Below, piece by piece: positions 1-11,342 of a DNA stretch of 64,000 bases; within the stretch, counting starts at the first letter, position 1; each line of letters starts with the position of its first letter. The notes under the pieces were generated by a model. That model was not told where the DNA came from and did no database searches. It saw nothing but the letters and a program-made list of their open reading frames with translations. Source of the stretch: Terriglobia bacterium (lineage in GTDB: Bacteria > Acidobacteriota > Terriglobia > Acidiferrales > UBA7541). The position numbers and the translations under genes were made by a program. The stretch is from NCBI GenBank assembly GCA_963695545.1, contig OY968796.1:1536001-1600000 (forward strand), given 5' to 3'.

Positions 1-1
1 C

Positions 2-199
2 GCGGCGTGGTGGATTCCGTACTTCCGTGGCGCCGATGAGAAAACCAAGAAACTCTACGCGGATATGTATGCGGGCACGCGAAACATTTTGCCGCCGCGG
101 GGCGACAATCCGCGGCCCAACCTGCTTCATCTTTATTTTCACGCGCTGTTTCTGATCACGTTGGTGTTGGCCACAGCTCTGAGGATGGGACTCGCGTAA
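2..199 (+). CDS. 3' end of a hypothetical membrane protein (partial, runs off window)
   Basis: Open frame from base 2: AAWWIPYFRGADEKTKKLYADMYAGTRNILPPRGDNPRPNLLHLYFHALFLITLVLATALRMGLA, TAA at 197-199; hydrophobic C-terminus; convergent with rpoD. Confidence 0.7.
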   Translation, partial: AAWWIPYFRGADEKTKKLYADMYAGTRNILPPRGDNPRPNLLHLYFHALFLITLVLATALRMGLA

Positions 200-211
200 G
201 GCGCGGGCGCG

Positions 212-1936
<1,725 letters not shown>

Positions 1937-2180
1937 GGGGCCCTCCGTCGATCAGTTAAAGCAACGCGCTCCGCGCAGGTCGGCAGGCGAACCGGGATGT
2001 GCCCGGAGACCAGCAACCGCGCCAGGGAAAAGGCATCGAACGAATGAATCCGCTTGTGGGATTGCCGTGAGTCTCGTGCTCTCAGCCCGATTCTGAATCA
2101 TCCCGATTGCCCATCGGGGGAACGCCGCCCAAAGGATTAGATGCGCGTTACCCAAGGACTGTTCCGCGTGAAACTCCGTG

Positions 2181-2210
2181 ACGTTACACGCGGAAATGCG
2201 CGTTCGTCAA
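2181..2210 (-). promoter_or_regulatory. Putative sigma70 promoter for rpoD
   Basis: Minus strand TTGACG (2210-2205), 18 nt spacer, TAACGT (2186-2181) in the dnaG-rpoD gap. Confidence 0.5.
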
Positions 2211-2255
2211 CACCCTGTGTCCAACAAATTCCTGGCCGGACGGGCGAGGCCCGGT

Positions 2256-4040
2256 TCAGTGCGCGGCGTCGGACCGACGCCGGCCGAGCGCTTGTTTGCG
2301 CTCGAGCAAGCGGCGCAGCGCTTCGGCGCTTTCGGCGGATTTCGATTTCATCTGGACTTCGATTTCCGCCTGGATCGCCGCGAGTTCGGTTTCAAAGCGC
2401 AGACGGCGCAGCGTGCCGAGGCAACTTTCGGCTTCTTCCCAGGTGAAATCGCCGCCGGTCTCGAAAGCGATCTGGAACAGCAGGCGGCGATCGCGTTCTT
2501 CGAGCGCTGCGCCCAGCACGACAGCATCCGGTCGCGCATCCGAGGCATTGGAACCGAGGATCGACTCGAGCAGCGCTTCGAGGATGTGCTCGGTTTCAAG
2601 GCCGCGGTGCAAATCTTCGGAGCGAATGGCTTGTGCGAGTTGGCGGCGAAAGCCTTCGGACTCGAAGAGCAGCTGGATGAGCCGGCGTTCGACGGGTTTG
2701 CCCGGGCGAGCCACAAGTTCTGGATGCGTTTGGACTTTGTCGCGGCGCTCGGCTGCGGCGCGTTTCAAGGATTCACGCAGGACGGGTTCTTCGACGCGCA
2801 ACTGCTGCGCGATTTGGCCGGCCCATTCCGAGCGCAGCAGACGATTGGGGCTGCGCTGCACGTAGGGCAGAAGGAAGTTCACGGCGCGCAATTTTCCTTC
2901 GGCTGTGGTGAGATCCATTTGGCGTGCGCGCGCGATCAGATAGTCGAGATAGGGCGGCGCGGCTTCGAGAAGTTTGGTGTAAGCGGCAGCGCCTTGCGCG
3001 CGCAGAAAGGCGTCGGGATCTTTGCCGCCGGGCAATTGCAGCACGCGCACTTCAAAACCTTGTTCGAGCAAAAGCGTGAGCGAGCGCTCGGTGGCGGCTT
3101 GACCGGCGGAATCGGGATCGTAGTTGACGACGACGCGATGCGTGAAGCGGCCGAGCAGACGCGCCTGCGGTTCGGTGAGGCTGGTGCCGCAACTGGCCAT
3201 GACATTCGCGATTCCGGCGCGCGCGACGGCGATGGTGTCCATATAACCTTCGACCAGGATGGCGAAATCGCGCTGGCGAAGTCCTTCTTTGGCGCGATCG
3301 AGATGATAGAGCACGGCGCTTTTCGAGTAGATCGGCGTTTCGGGGGAATTCAGATATTTCGGCGGGTCGTCGCCAAGAGCGCGGCCGCCGAAGGCGATCA
3401 CTTTTCCCGATTCGTTGGCGATCGGGAAAATAATGCGGCGGCGAAAGCGGTCGTAGAGGCGGCCGGAGGAATCGCCGCTCGCGAGACCGGAAAGCGAGAG
3501 TAATTTTTCGGGATACTTCGCGCGAAGGACGCGCAGCAGCGCGTCGCCGCCGGAGGGCGCATAGCCCAGGCCGAAGCGCGCGATGGCCTGAGCGTCCAGG
3601 CCGCGATCTTCGAGATAGGCGCGCGCGGCTTTGCCTTCGAGCGTAGTTTCGAGTTGGCGCGAGAAAAACGTTTGTGCTTCGCGATGGATTTCGACGAGCG
3701 CGGTGCGCTGCTGATTTTCCTGCCGCTCTTCGGGACTGCGCTCGCGCGGCCGCGGCACGGCGATGCCGCATTTTTCCGCTACCGTGCGCACCGCATCCGG
3801 GAAGCCGCATTTTTCCATCTCCATCACGAACTGAAAAACGTCGCCGCCCACGCCGCAGCCGAAGCAATGGTAGATCTGCTTCACGGGATGCACCGCGAAC
3901 GAAGGCGTTTTTTCGGAATGGAAGGGGCACAGGCTGGTGAAATTCTGGCCGGATTTTTTCAGGCGCACGTATTCGCCCACCACGCGGACGATGTCCGCTT
4001 GCTGCTTGATCTTGTCGGCGAATGAGCCTGCTTCAGCCAT
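2256..4040 (-). CDS. dnaG: DNA primase
   Basis: Zinc finger CPFH..CFGC, KYLNSPET, TOPRIM motifs VEGYMD and YDPDSAG, KDPD. Confidence 0.97.
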   Translation of the reverse strand: MAEAGSFADKIKQQADIVRVVGEYVRLKKSGQNFTSLCPFHSEKTPSFAVHPVKQIYHCFGCGVGGDVFQFVMEMEKCGFPDAVRTVAEKCGIAVPRPRERSPEERQENQQRTALVEIHREAQTFFSRQLETTLEGKAARAYLEDRGLDAQAIARFGLGYAPSGGDALLRVLRAKYPEKLLSLSGLASGDSSGRLYDRFRRRIIFPIANESGKVIAFGGRALGDDPPKYLNSPETPIYSKSAVLYHLDRAKEGLRQRDFAILVEGYMDTIAVARAGIANVMASCGTSLTEPQARLLGRFTHRVVVNYDPDSAGQAATERSLTLLLEQGFEVRVLQLPGGKDPDAFLRAQGAAAYTKLLEAAPPYLDYLIARARQMDLTTAEGKLRAVNFLLPYVQRSPNRLLRSEWAGQIAQQLRVEEPVLRESLKRAAAERRDKVQTHPELVARPGKPVERRLIQLLFESEGFRRQLAQAIRSEDLHRGLETEHILEALLESILGSNASDARPDAVVLGAALEERDRRLLFQIAFETGGDFTWEEAESCLGTLRRLRFETELAAIQAEIEVQMKSKSAESAEALRRLLERKQALGRRRSDAAH

Positions 4041-4065
4041 GGGACGATTCCAGTTTAGCCCGCTT

Positions 4066-6510
4066 TCAATTTTTCAGCTCAACGACCGTGATGGCGTCTC
4101 CCCCGCGCTCCGCCGCCTCGGCGGAGATGCGTTCGACCAACGGATGCGTGGAGAGGAAGTCGGCGAGGCCGCGGCGCAGGGCCCCAGTGCCGTGACCATG
4201 GATCAGGCGCACGCGCGGCTTGCCGGCGATTGTGGCTTGATCGATGAATTTGTCCACGCGGCGCGTGGCTTCGTCGACGGTGCAACCGATGAGATTGATT
4301 TCGTCGACGGGCGCGCCTTCGGCGTCCTCGTCTTCCGGTTCCAGTTTCGCGCGCACCGTCACTCCGGTGCGGCCCTGCAACCGCGACGGCGCGGGCGCTG
4401 CGGCGGGAAGGATCGCGACGATGTCGTCGAGCGCGATTTTCATTCGCAGCGAGCCGGCTTCGACTTCGGCGCTGGAATTATCGACGCGGCTCAGCGTGGC
4501 CGGAGCGGGCCAGCCGCGCACGCGGACGCGCGCGCCGGGGACAAGTTGCTCGGCGCGGGGCGGGGCGTTCGCGTCTTGCGGCGCGCCGGTGCCGAGATCG
4601 GCTTGCGAAGCGGACAGTTGCTGGACCACGGCGGCGTCGGCGGCCGCTTTTGCGTCAGCGTGCAGTCCCGAAAGTTTTTTGCGCGTTTGCTTTTCGATCT
4701 GAGCGCGCAGCTCGCGATCTTTTACGCCTTCGATGGCTTGCGCGATTTGCTGCTCGTGCAGTTTCATGGTCTCGGCGAATTCGCGTTCGAGTTCGGAGAT
4801 GCGGTGGCGCTGGCGCTCGATCCATTCGGTGCGAAGTTGCCGGCGCTCGGCGTCGAGTTCGCGAGCCTGGAGAGCGGCGTCGCGCTGCGCTTGCTCGAGA
4901 TCGTCGCGCACGCGATGCAAGTAGGCGATCAGTTGCGCGGCTTCGCGCGCGGCGGGCTCGAGCAATGCGCGGGCGCGCTCGATTACTTCGTGCGGCAGGC
5001 CGAGGCGCTCGGCGATGTCAATGCCGCTTGAACCGCCGGGGACGCCGACGCGCAGGCGATATGTAGGGCGCAGCGCGACCGCATCAAATTCCACCGACGC
5101 GTTCAGCACGCCGGGCGTAGCGGCGGCGTAGGATTTCAGGCGATCGTGGTGCGTGGTTGCGAGAGTGAGAGCGCCGCGGGCGCGAAAGGCATCCAGGAGA
5201 GCGACGGCGAGCGCCGCGCCTTCTTCGGGCGCCGTGCCGGTGCCCATTTCGTCGGCCAGCACGAGAGAAGCGGGCCCGGCGATTTCGAGCATGGCGCGAA
5301 GATTCAGCATGTGCGCGGAAAACGTGGAAAGATCGGCGGCGATGGATTGCTCGTCGCCGATGTCGGCAAGGATGCGATCGAAGATGGGAAGCTCAGCCGA
5401 TTCGGCAGCCACGGGAATTGCGCATTGCGCCGCGAAGGCGGCCAGACCGACGGTTTTGAGCGCGACGGTTTTGCCGCCGGTGTTGGGGCCGCTGATGACG
5501 AGCACGGTCTCCGCTCCGCCGAGTTCGAGCGTGATCGGCACGGCCGCGCGGCCCTGGCGGCGAAGCGCGTCGTCGAGTACGGGATGGCGGGCGGCGCGCA
5601 GCGCGAGGCGGGCCGCGGCCGGGGGCGCTGCCGAAAAAATCGGGCGCGCGCAATCGAGGCGGCGACTGAATCGCGCGCGAGCGAAAATCGAATCGAATTC
5701 GGCGACAGCGGCGGCGGCCGCGCGCAATGGACCGAGCGCGGTCTGCACGCGCTCGGTGAGTTCGGCCAGCAGGCGCGCGATTTCCGCGGCTTCTTCTTCG
5801 GAGAGTTCGACGAGGCGATTGTTCAACTCGACGGTCTCGAAAGGTTCGACGAATAGAGTTTGGCCCGTGGCGCTCGACGCGTGCACCACGCCGGGAACGG
5901 CGCGACGTTCCGCGGCGCGCACGGGGAGAACGAAGCGATCGTTGCGGCGCGTGACGTAATCTTCGCCGGGCGGCAAACCGCGCTCGCGCAAGATGCGCTC
6001 GAGCGCTTTTTCGATGGAGGCGCGCGTGCGGCCGAGCGCGGTGCGGGCGCGCTTCAGAGCGGGCGAAGCGTCGTCGGCGATCGCGCCGTCGGGCAGAATC
6101 ACGCGGCGGATTTCGCGAGCGAGTGCGCGCGAATCGGCCAGCGCCGCGGCGCGCGCGGCCAGCAGCGGAAATTCCGGCACATCGCCGCGAAAAGTTTGGC
6201 GCAGCGATTCAGTTGTCTCCACGAGCGAAGCGGCGTCGAGCAATTCGAGCGGTGTGAGGATTTCGCCGACGGCTTCGGCCTTCGCGAGCCACGATTCGGG
6301 ATCGGGCAAAGCGCCGAAGCCGAGATCGCTGCCGGTGCGCAGATAGGAGACGGCTTCGGCGATCAGATCGAATTGGGATTCGAGATGAGCGCGATCGGTT
6401 GAGAACTTGAGGGCGTCGACGGCACGGCGTCCGAGCGCGCAGGTGGTCTCGCCGCGCACGAGGTCGCGCAGGCGATCGAGTTCGAGGACGTCTTGTGCCG
6501 TGCGAGACAT
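4066..6510 (-). CDS. mutS2: MutS2 ATPase with C-terminal Smr domain
   Basis: Walker A SGPNTGGKT, DIGDEQSI, STFSAH, DEMGTGT, coiled coil, Smr motif IHGHGTGAL. Confidence 0.95.
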   Translation of the reverse strand: MSRTAQDVLELDRLRDLVRGETTCALGRRAVDALKFSTDRAHLESQFDLIAEAVSYLRTGSDLGFGALPDPESWLAKAEAVGEILTPLELLDAASLVETTESLRQTFRGDVPEFPLLAARAAALADSRALAREIRRVILPDGAIADDASPALKRARTALGRTRASIEKALERILRERGLPPGEDYVTRRNDRFVLPVRAAERRAVPGVVHASSATGQTLFVEPFETVELNNRLVELSEEEAAEIARLLAELTERVQTALGPLRAAAAAVAEFDSIFARARFSRRLDCARPIFSAAPPAAARLALRAARHPVLDDALRRQGRAAVPITLELGGAETVLVISGPNTGGKTVALKTVGLAAFAAQCAIPVAAESAELPIFDRILADIGDEQSIAADLSTFSAHMLNLRAMLEIAGPASLVLADEMGTGTAPEEGAALAVALLDAFRARGALTLATTHHDRLKSYAAATPGVLNASVEFDAVALRPTYRLRVGVPGGSSGIDIAERLGLPHEVIERARALLEPAAREAAQLIAYLHRVRDDLEQAQRDAALQARELDAERRQLRTEWIERQRHRISELEREFAETMKLHEQQIAQAIEGVKDRELRAQIEKQTRKKLSGLHADAKAAADAAVVQQLSASQADLGTGAPQDANAPPRAEQLVPGARVRVRGWPAPATLSRVDNSSAEVEAGSLRMKIALDDIVAILPAAAPAPSRLQGRTGVTVRAKLEPEDEDAEGAPVDEINLIGCTVDEATRRVDKFIDQATIAGKPRVRLIHGHGTGALRRGLADFLSTHPLVERISAEAAERGGDAITVVELKN

Positions 6511-6548
6511 GGAAGTTTCAGAAGAGCGCGAGCGAGGGCGCGCTTCAA

Positions 6549-8387
6549 CTAGCGCTGATTCTCCTTCGGAGTGTTTTTCGGCGCGGCGGTCTTCGCGCGG
6601 GGCGACACACTTGGCGAAGGTTTGATTTCTTCGACCATGGCGACCGCGATCGAGTCGAGCACGGCCTCGGCGTCGTGTCCGGGCATGGCGTGATCGTCGC
6701 TCAAGAAAGAAAAAACCAGATGCGCGCCGCCGACCGATGTGGCGTAACCCGAAAGCGCATTGACGTGCTCGAGCGTGCCGGTCTTGGCTTGGATGCGGCC
6801 GTCAGCGGACGTGGCCTTCATGCGATTGCTCAACGTTCCGTCTTCGCCCGCGACGGGCAGCGTCGAGCGGAATAGATCGCCCCAGGATTGTTTTGACGCG
6901 TATTCGAGAAGCGCGACGACGGCGCGCGGCGTCACCAGATCCTCGCGCGAAAGGCCCGAGCCGTCGGTGAGCAGTGCGCCGCCTGCGGGCAGACCGGCGG
7001 CGTCGCGCCACGATTCGGCGAAGGGCAGTGCGTCTTCCATCGACGTCGCGCCGGTTGTTTCTCGCGCCGCCACGCGGAGGAGCAATTCGGCGTGCAGATT
7101 TTCGCTGATCTTATTCACGAGGCGCACGTCTTCGGCGAGCGGCAACGAAACGTGTTCGGCCAGCACGGTGGACGGAGCGGCAGTAGCGGTTACCTCGGGC
7201 GCGGCGCTTGGCGCGGCCGGAGCGCTCGCTGCATTAGGCGCGGCTTGCGGGGCTTGTGCGTCCGGCGCTTGCGCATCGGGAGGAATCGGTGCGCTTGGTG
7301 CATTTGCCGCGTCGGGCGCACCGGGCGCGGGCGGCGGCGTGCCGAAGTCGCGCGCGGGCAGCGTTTCGGCGGGAGGTTCGGCATGCTGCGCACGCGGCTG
7401 ACCGAAAATTTTCACGCCGCGCGTTTCGAGCAATTGCGTGAGCAGCGCCGCGGCGTATTCCGCGGGCTCTTCGATCGCGATGGTCAGCGCGCGGGGCGCG
7501 GCGCCGATGGGGATTGAGCCCGAGAGATGAATCGTTCGCGAGCCGGGCTCGCGCGTGACGCGCAACTTTACGGGCGAGCCGTGCGCGCCAGTCGAGATCT
7601 GGTTGTCGATGGTGTAAAAGCCGGCCCAAGGCTCGGCGTCGAACGAAGCGGCGTCGCCCTCGCGCGCGGCAGGACGCAATTCGAGAGCGAGAGTATTGTC
7701 GTTGACGGCGATGGCGTCGACCGCGGCGCCGGAATTCCACTGAATATCGTCGACAGTCCAGCCAGCGGGAAAGCGCTGATAGGAAAAATAAGTGTCGTCG
7801 GCGACCACGTCTCCGGAAATCTGGCGCACGCCGCGCGCCACGACCTGATCGGCTAGATCGGCCAAGACTTTTTCCGGCGGACCGTCGCGCTCAACTTCCT
7901 TGTCGAAAGGAAACTTGCGATTCGAGAGATTGGGATCGCCGCGTCCCATGAGAACCAGGTCGCCGGCGAGGCGGCCCTCGGGCGAAAGCGCGCCGCGCGT
8001 TTCGATCGTGGTGCGGATGCGGAATTCGGGGCCGAGCGTTGCGAGCGCCAGCGCGGTGGTGAAGAGCTTGGTGTTCGACGCGGGCGCGAAATATCGATCG
8101 GCGCCCGATTCGTAGAGCACAGCCCCGGTGTCGGCGTCGGCGACGAGCAAGCCCCACGATCCGGTGTCGGCGCCACGCGCGGCGAGTTGCGCTTCGGCGC
8201 GCGCGGCGAATCGCTGGACGTCGGCGCGCGCGGCGGCGCGGCCGGCGCCTGCCGCAGCAGGCGTGGTGTGCTCGGGGTGACCGTGCGGCGGGCGGGACTG
8301 CGCGGCAACGCCGAACGCCGCTGCCAACATCATAAGGAGTGCGCCGCCAATCGGCCGTTTCGCGCGGCCGAAAGTACGCGGCGGCAT
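6549..8387 (-). CDS. dacB: D-Ala-D-Ala carboxypeptidase/endopeptidase (PBP4, peptidase S13); start uncertain (8387 or 8411)
   Basis: SxxK (PASNTK), SxN (SEN), KTG (AKTGTL), DGSGLS; signal-like N-terminus; TATAAT on minus strand at 8429-8424. Confidence 0.9.
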   Translation of the reverse strand: MPPRTFGRAKRPIGGALLMMLAAAFGVAAQSRPPHGHPEHTTPAAAGAGRAAARADVQRFAARAEAQLAARGADTGSWGLLVADADTGAVLYESGADRYFAPASNTKLFTTALALATLGPEFRIRTTIETRGALSPEGRLAGDLVLMGRGDPNLSNRKFPFDKEVERDGPPEKVLADLADQVVARGVRQISGDVVADDTYFSYQRFPAGWTVDDIQWNSGAAVDAIAVNDNTLALELRPAAREGDAASFDAEPWAGFYTIDNQISTGAHGSPVKLRVTREPGSRTIHLSGSIPIGAAPRALTIAIEEPAEYAAALLTQLLETRGVKIFGQPRAQHAEPPAETLPARDFGTPPPAPGAPDAANAPSAPIPPDAQAPDAQAPQAAPNAASAPAAPSAAPEVTATAAPSTVLAEHVSLPLAEDVRLVNKISENLHAELLLRVAARETTGATSMEDALPFAESWRDAAGLPAGGALLTDGSGLSREDLVTPRAVVALLEYASKQSWGDLFRSTLPVAGEDGTLSNRMKATSADGRIQAKTGTLEHVNALSGYATSVGGAHLVFSFLSDDHAMPGHDAEAVLDSIAVAMVEEIKPSPSVSPRAKTAAPKNTPKENQR

Positions 8388-8555
8388 TTTGAAATTTGCG
8401 GAGTCCAACATATCGACAGCGCGATTATATGCCAACGCCATGGCAGCCGCCGATTGGCGCGGGCGCGCGGGCGCCGCGGCGCGTTGCAAGGAGTTGTGTG
8501 AAGACCTATCATGAAGTCCTGCCGCGCAGAGGATCGGTCCAAAGGAGAATTCCGC

Positions 8556-9311
8556 ATGAAGAAATTATTTTCGATCGTGATTTCGCTGGGCCTTCTGGGC
8601 GCGCCGCTTGCCAGTTACGCGCGACCGGACGACGATACCAAGAGCTCCGACCGCCTGAGGATGTGCGGCGAAGTGATGAGCGACGTCATCACCATGCCGG
8701 ATAGCATCCCGCAGAAAATCCTCGACAAGGCCGTTTGTATCGCCGTGATTCCCTCGGTGATCAAGGCTGCCTTCATGGGCGGAGGCCTCTATGGTCGTGG
8801 AGCTATGACCTGCCGGTCCGGCGAAAATTTCACCGGGCCGTGGAGCGCGCCGACGATGATGCGCGTTGAAGGCGGCAGCTTCGGCGCGCAAATCGGCGTG
8901 CAGGCGACAGACTTGGTGCTCCTGATCATGCCCGGGTCAGGCGCCGAATCGATTCTCACCAGCAAGGTGAAGATTGGCGCGGATGCTTCCGCGGCTGCGG
9001 GTCCCGTGGGCCGCAATGCCGAAGCCGATAGCGACGCGTATATGCGCGCTGAGATTCTTTCTTACTCGCGCGCGCGTGGCTTGTTCGCGGGCGTGGCCCT
9101 AGTGGGCTCGACGCTGCGTCAGGACGAAGACGCCAACGAAGAAATCTACGGCAAGAAACTCTCCGCCATTCACATCGTACGCGCCGGAGACATTGCGCCC
9201 ACGCCGGAGGCGCATCAACTGCTTGAGGTGCTCAATAAGTACGCGCCGTCACCGGTACCTGCGCCACTGGCAGCTCCGCCGGCGCAGGCGACGCCACCGC
9301 CGTCCAATTAA
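8556..9311 (+). CDS. Lipid-binding SYLF (Ysc84) domain protein, secreted
   Basis: AAAGGAG RBS at 8541; signal peptide; IPSVIKAAF, GGSFGAQIG..TDLVL, AAAGPVGR, YSRARGLFAG. Confidence 0.9.
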   Translation: MKKLFSIVISLGLLGAPLASYARPDDDTKSSDRLRMCGEVMSDVITMPDSIPQKILDKAVCIAVIPSVIKAAFMGGGLYGRGAMTCRSGENFTGPWSAPTMMRVEGGSFGAQIGVQATDLVLLIMPGSGAESILTSKVKIGADASAAAGPVGRNAEADSDAYMRAEILSYSRARGLFAGVALVGSTLRQDEDANEEIYGKKLSAIHIVRAGDIAPTPEAHQLLEVLNKYAPSPVPAPLAAPPAQATPPPSN

Positions 9312-9343
9312 GGTCGCCGTCCGAACCGCGGCGCGATTGGTTT

Positions 9344-9376
9344 CGAGGCCCGGGCAGGAGTAAGGCCCGGGCCTCG
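9344..9376. terminator. 12-bp perfect hairpin, possible terminator
   Basis: CGAGGCCCGGGC / GCCCGGGCCTCG with 9-nt loop AGGAGTAAG just after the SYLF stop; U-tract weak. Confidence 0.5.
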
Positions 9377-9466
9377 GTTCGTCTCCGCTCGCCGATCGGC
9401 GGCGCGTGGCGCTGCTTCGCTCGCGCATTGCTCGCCAATTGCACAAATTGGTCAGGGAGCCCGCTC

Positions 9467-10117
9467 ATGGCCGCATCCGATCCGTGTCCGATTTGCAAGA
9501 AGCGGCGCCGCGAGAGATTTTGTCCCGCGAAGGGAGAAAAGATCTGCGCGGTTTGCTGCGGCCGGGAGCGCGAAGTCACGCTCGACTGCCCGTCCGATTG
9601 TACTTATCTGATCACGGCGCACCGTCGCGAAGACGAGCACCGCGCTCCGCTCACTGAAGCCGACGCGCCGTTCCCGGACGTCGCGATTTCCGCGGATTTG
9701 ATCGAGAACCAGCGCCCGCTGCTGTCGGTTTTTGTGGGCGCGCTGCTCGGGGCGGCGGACGAGCATCGCGAATTGGTGGACGCGGATGCGCTGGCCGCGC
9801 TTGCGGCGCTGGCTGAAACCTACCGAACGCTCGGCGCGGGCTTGTACTACGAGAAGCCGCCCGTGGCGCCGATCGCGCAAGCCCTATACGGCACGCTGAT
9901 GAAATTTCTCGAAGAGTGGAAGCAGCCGGAGCGTCGCGCCGGAGCGCCGGCGTCGAGAGATACCGACATTTTCAAACTGCTGGTGTTCCTCACGCGCGTG
10001 GGCCGCAGCCGGTCAAACGGCAGACCGAAGACGCGGGGCTACCTCGAATTTCTTCGCGCGCAATTCCCTCGCGCCGCGCCGGCGCGGGCCGAAACTTCGC
10101 GCATTATTCTCCCGTAA
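9467..10117 (+). CDS. Hypothetical protein with N-terminal 8-Cys metal-binding cluster
   Basis: GGGAG RBS; CPIC..CPAKGEKICAVCCG..CPSDC. Confidence 0.75.
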   Translation: MAASDPCPICKKRRRERFCPAKGEKICAVCCGREREVTLDCPSDCTYLITAHRREDEHRAPLTEADAPFPDVAISADLIENQRPLLSVFVGALLGAADEHRELVDADALAALAALAETYRTLGAGLYYEKPPVAPIAQALYGTLMKFLEEWKQPERRAGAPASRDTDIFKLLVFLTRVGRSRSNGRPKTRGYLEFLRAQFPRAAPARAETSRIILP

Positions 10118-10164
10118 GCGCACCGAGCGAATCTTCGGCGGGAATTTCAAAGCGCCGCGACGCG

Positions 10165-11271
10165 TTAGAAAAGCCTCCGCTCCGCCGGAGCGCGTTCGGC
10201 GCGGTCGGGGCGCGAGACGAATCCATATTTTCGCCGAATCGCGGCGACTCGCGCCGAAAGTTGCGTGCGATATTCTTCCGGCGCGTAGGCATTGTGCGCG
10301 TACCACGCGCGATAGCGGCGCGCGAGTTTGGGCCAGCGCTTTTCGAGAAACGGGAAGAACTGTTTCTGCGCGGACGGCATCAGAAAAACGGCGTTCGCCG
10401 CAAACCATTGCGCGCCGGCTTCGGCTGCGGCGCGCGCCAGCGCATCGAGATCGCCTTCTCGGTCGGTCAATCCGGGCAGCACCGGCATCGCCAGCACTCC
10501 CGCGGACAATCCCGCATCGCGAAGTTTGCGCACGGCGGCCAATCGCAAATCGGGGCGCGGCGCGCGCGGCTCGAGCAAACGCGCAAGTCGCGGCCGCAGC
10601 GTCGTGATGCTCAGATTGATCGAGATCGATGAGCGCGCGGCGATCTCACGCAGCAGATCGATATCCGTTGTGACGCGATCGGATTTCGTGGTGATCGAAA
10701 CGCTCAAGCCCTCGCGCCGCGCCATGCGCTCCAGAATCGCGCGCGTGTTGTGGAACTCACCCTCGGCCGGCTGATAGGGATCGGTGGCGCTGCCGATGCA
10801 GATGTGCTCGCCGGAGACGTCCTCTTCGGCCAGATCGCGCCCGGCCAGCCAACCCGCGTGTTCCTTGACGTAAATCTTGCGCTCGAAATCGGCGCTGTCC
10901 AGCTCCATATATTCGTGCGTGTACCGCGCATAGCAGTAAACGCAGCCGAATTCGCATCCGCGATACGGATTCACGGTCCAGCCGAAGGGCACGCGCTCGG
11001 AATCGCAGCGATTCAAAATCGATTTCACGGGCAACAGAAAATATTCCGTGCCGCGCTTGGCGGCACTCAAAGGGGAGGAAGCGGCGAGGCGGGCAATGCC
11101 GGCGTTTGGAGCCGGCAATTCGAGTGTTCCGCTGGAATCGCGGTTGGCCTGACTGTCTGTGTCCCCGTGGCTGGGGACGATGGGGAATAAGGAGGGAGTG
11201 GGTTGGCCCGCACCACGCCGGAAAGCCCGAGGGCTTGCCTGCGTCGTGTGAGCCGTGGGAGCAGTGGCCAT
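10165..11271 (-). CDS. Radical SAM protein, SplB-like/Rv2578c-type (putative DNA repair)
   Basis: NPYRGCEFGCVYCYAR (CxxxCxxC), TDPYQPAE, ITTKS, LEPRAP, PVLPGLTD. Confidence 0.9.
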   Translation of the reverse strand: MATAPTAHTTQASPRAFRRGAGQPTPSLFPIVPSHGDTDSQANRDSSGTLELPAPNAGIARLAASSPLSAAKRGTEYFLLPVKSILNRCDSERVPFGWTVNPYRGCEFGCVYCYARYTHEYMELDSADFERKIYVKEHAGWLAGRDLAEEDVSGEHICIGSATDPYQPAEGEFHNTRAILERMARREGLSVSITTKSDRVTTDIDLLREIAARSSISINLSITTLRPRLARLLEPRAPRPDLRLAAVRKLRDAGLSAGVLAMPVLPGLTDREGDLDALARAAAEAGAQWFAANAVFLMPSAQKQFFPFLEKRWPKLARRYRAWYAHNAYAPEEYRTQLSARVAAIRRKYGFVSRPDRAERAPAERRLF

Positions 11272-11292
11272 AACCAACCTCGCCGTGGGACC

Positions 11293-11342
11293 ATTATTCG
11301 CTTTTCTTTCGTCTTGTCAAGTAGTTTTCGCTTTTTATTCTC
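11293..11342 (-). promoter_or_regulatory. Promoter of radical SAM gene overlapped by two TTCG direct-repeat boxes (candidate SOS/LexA operators)
   Basis: Minus strand TTGACA (11320-11315), 16 nt, AATAAT (11298-11293); + strand TTCGC-N6-TTCGT (11297-11312) and TTCGC-N6-TTCTC (11327-11342). Confidence 0.6.
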
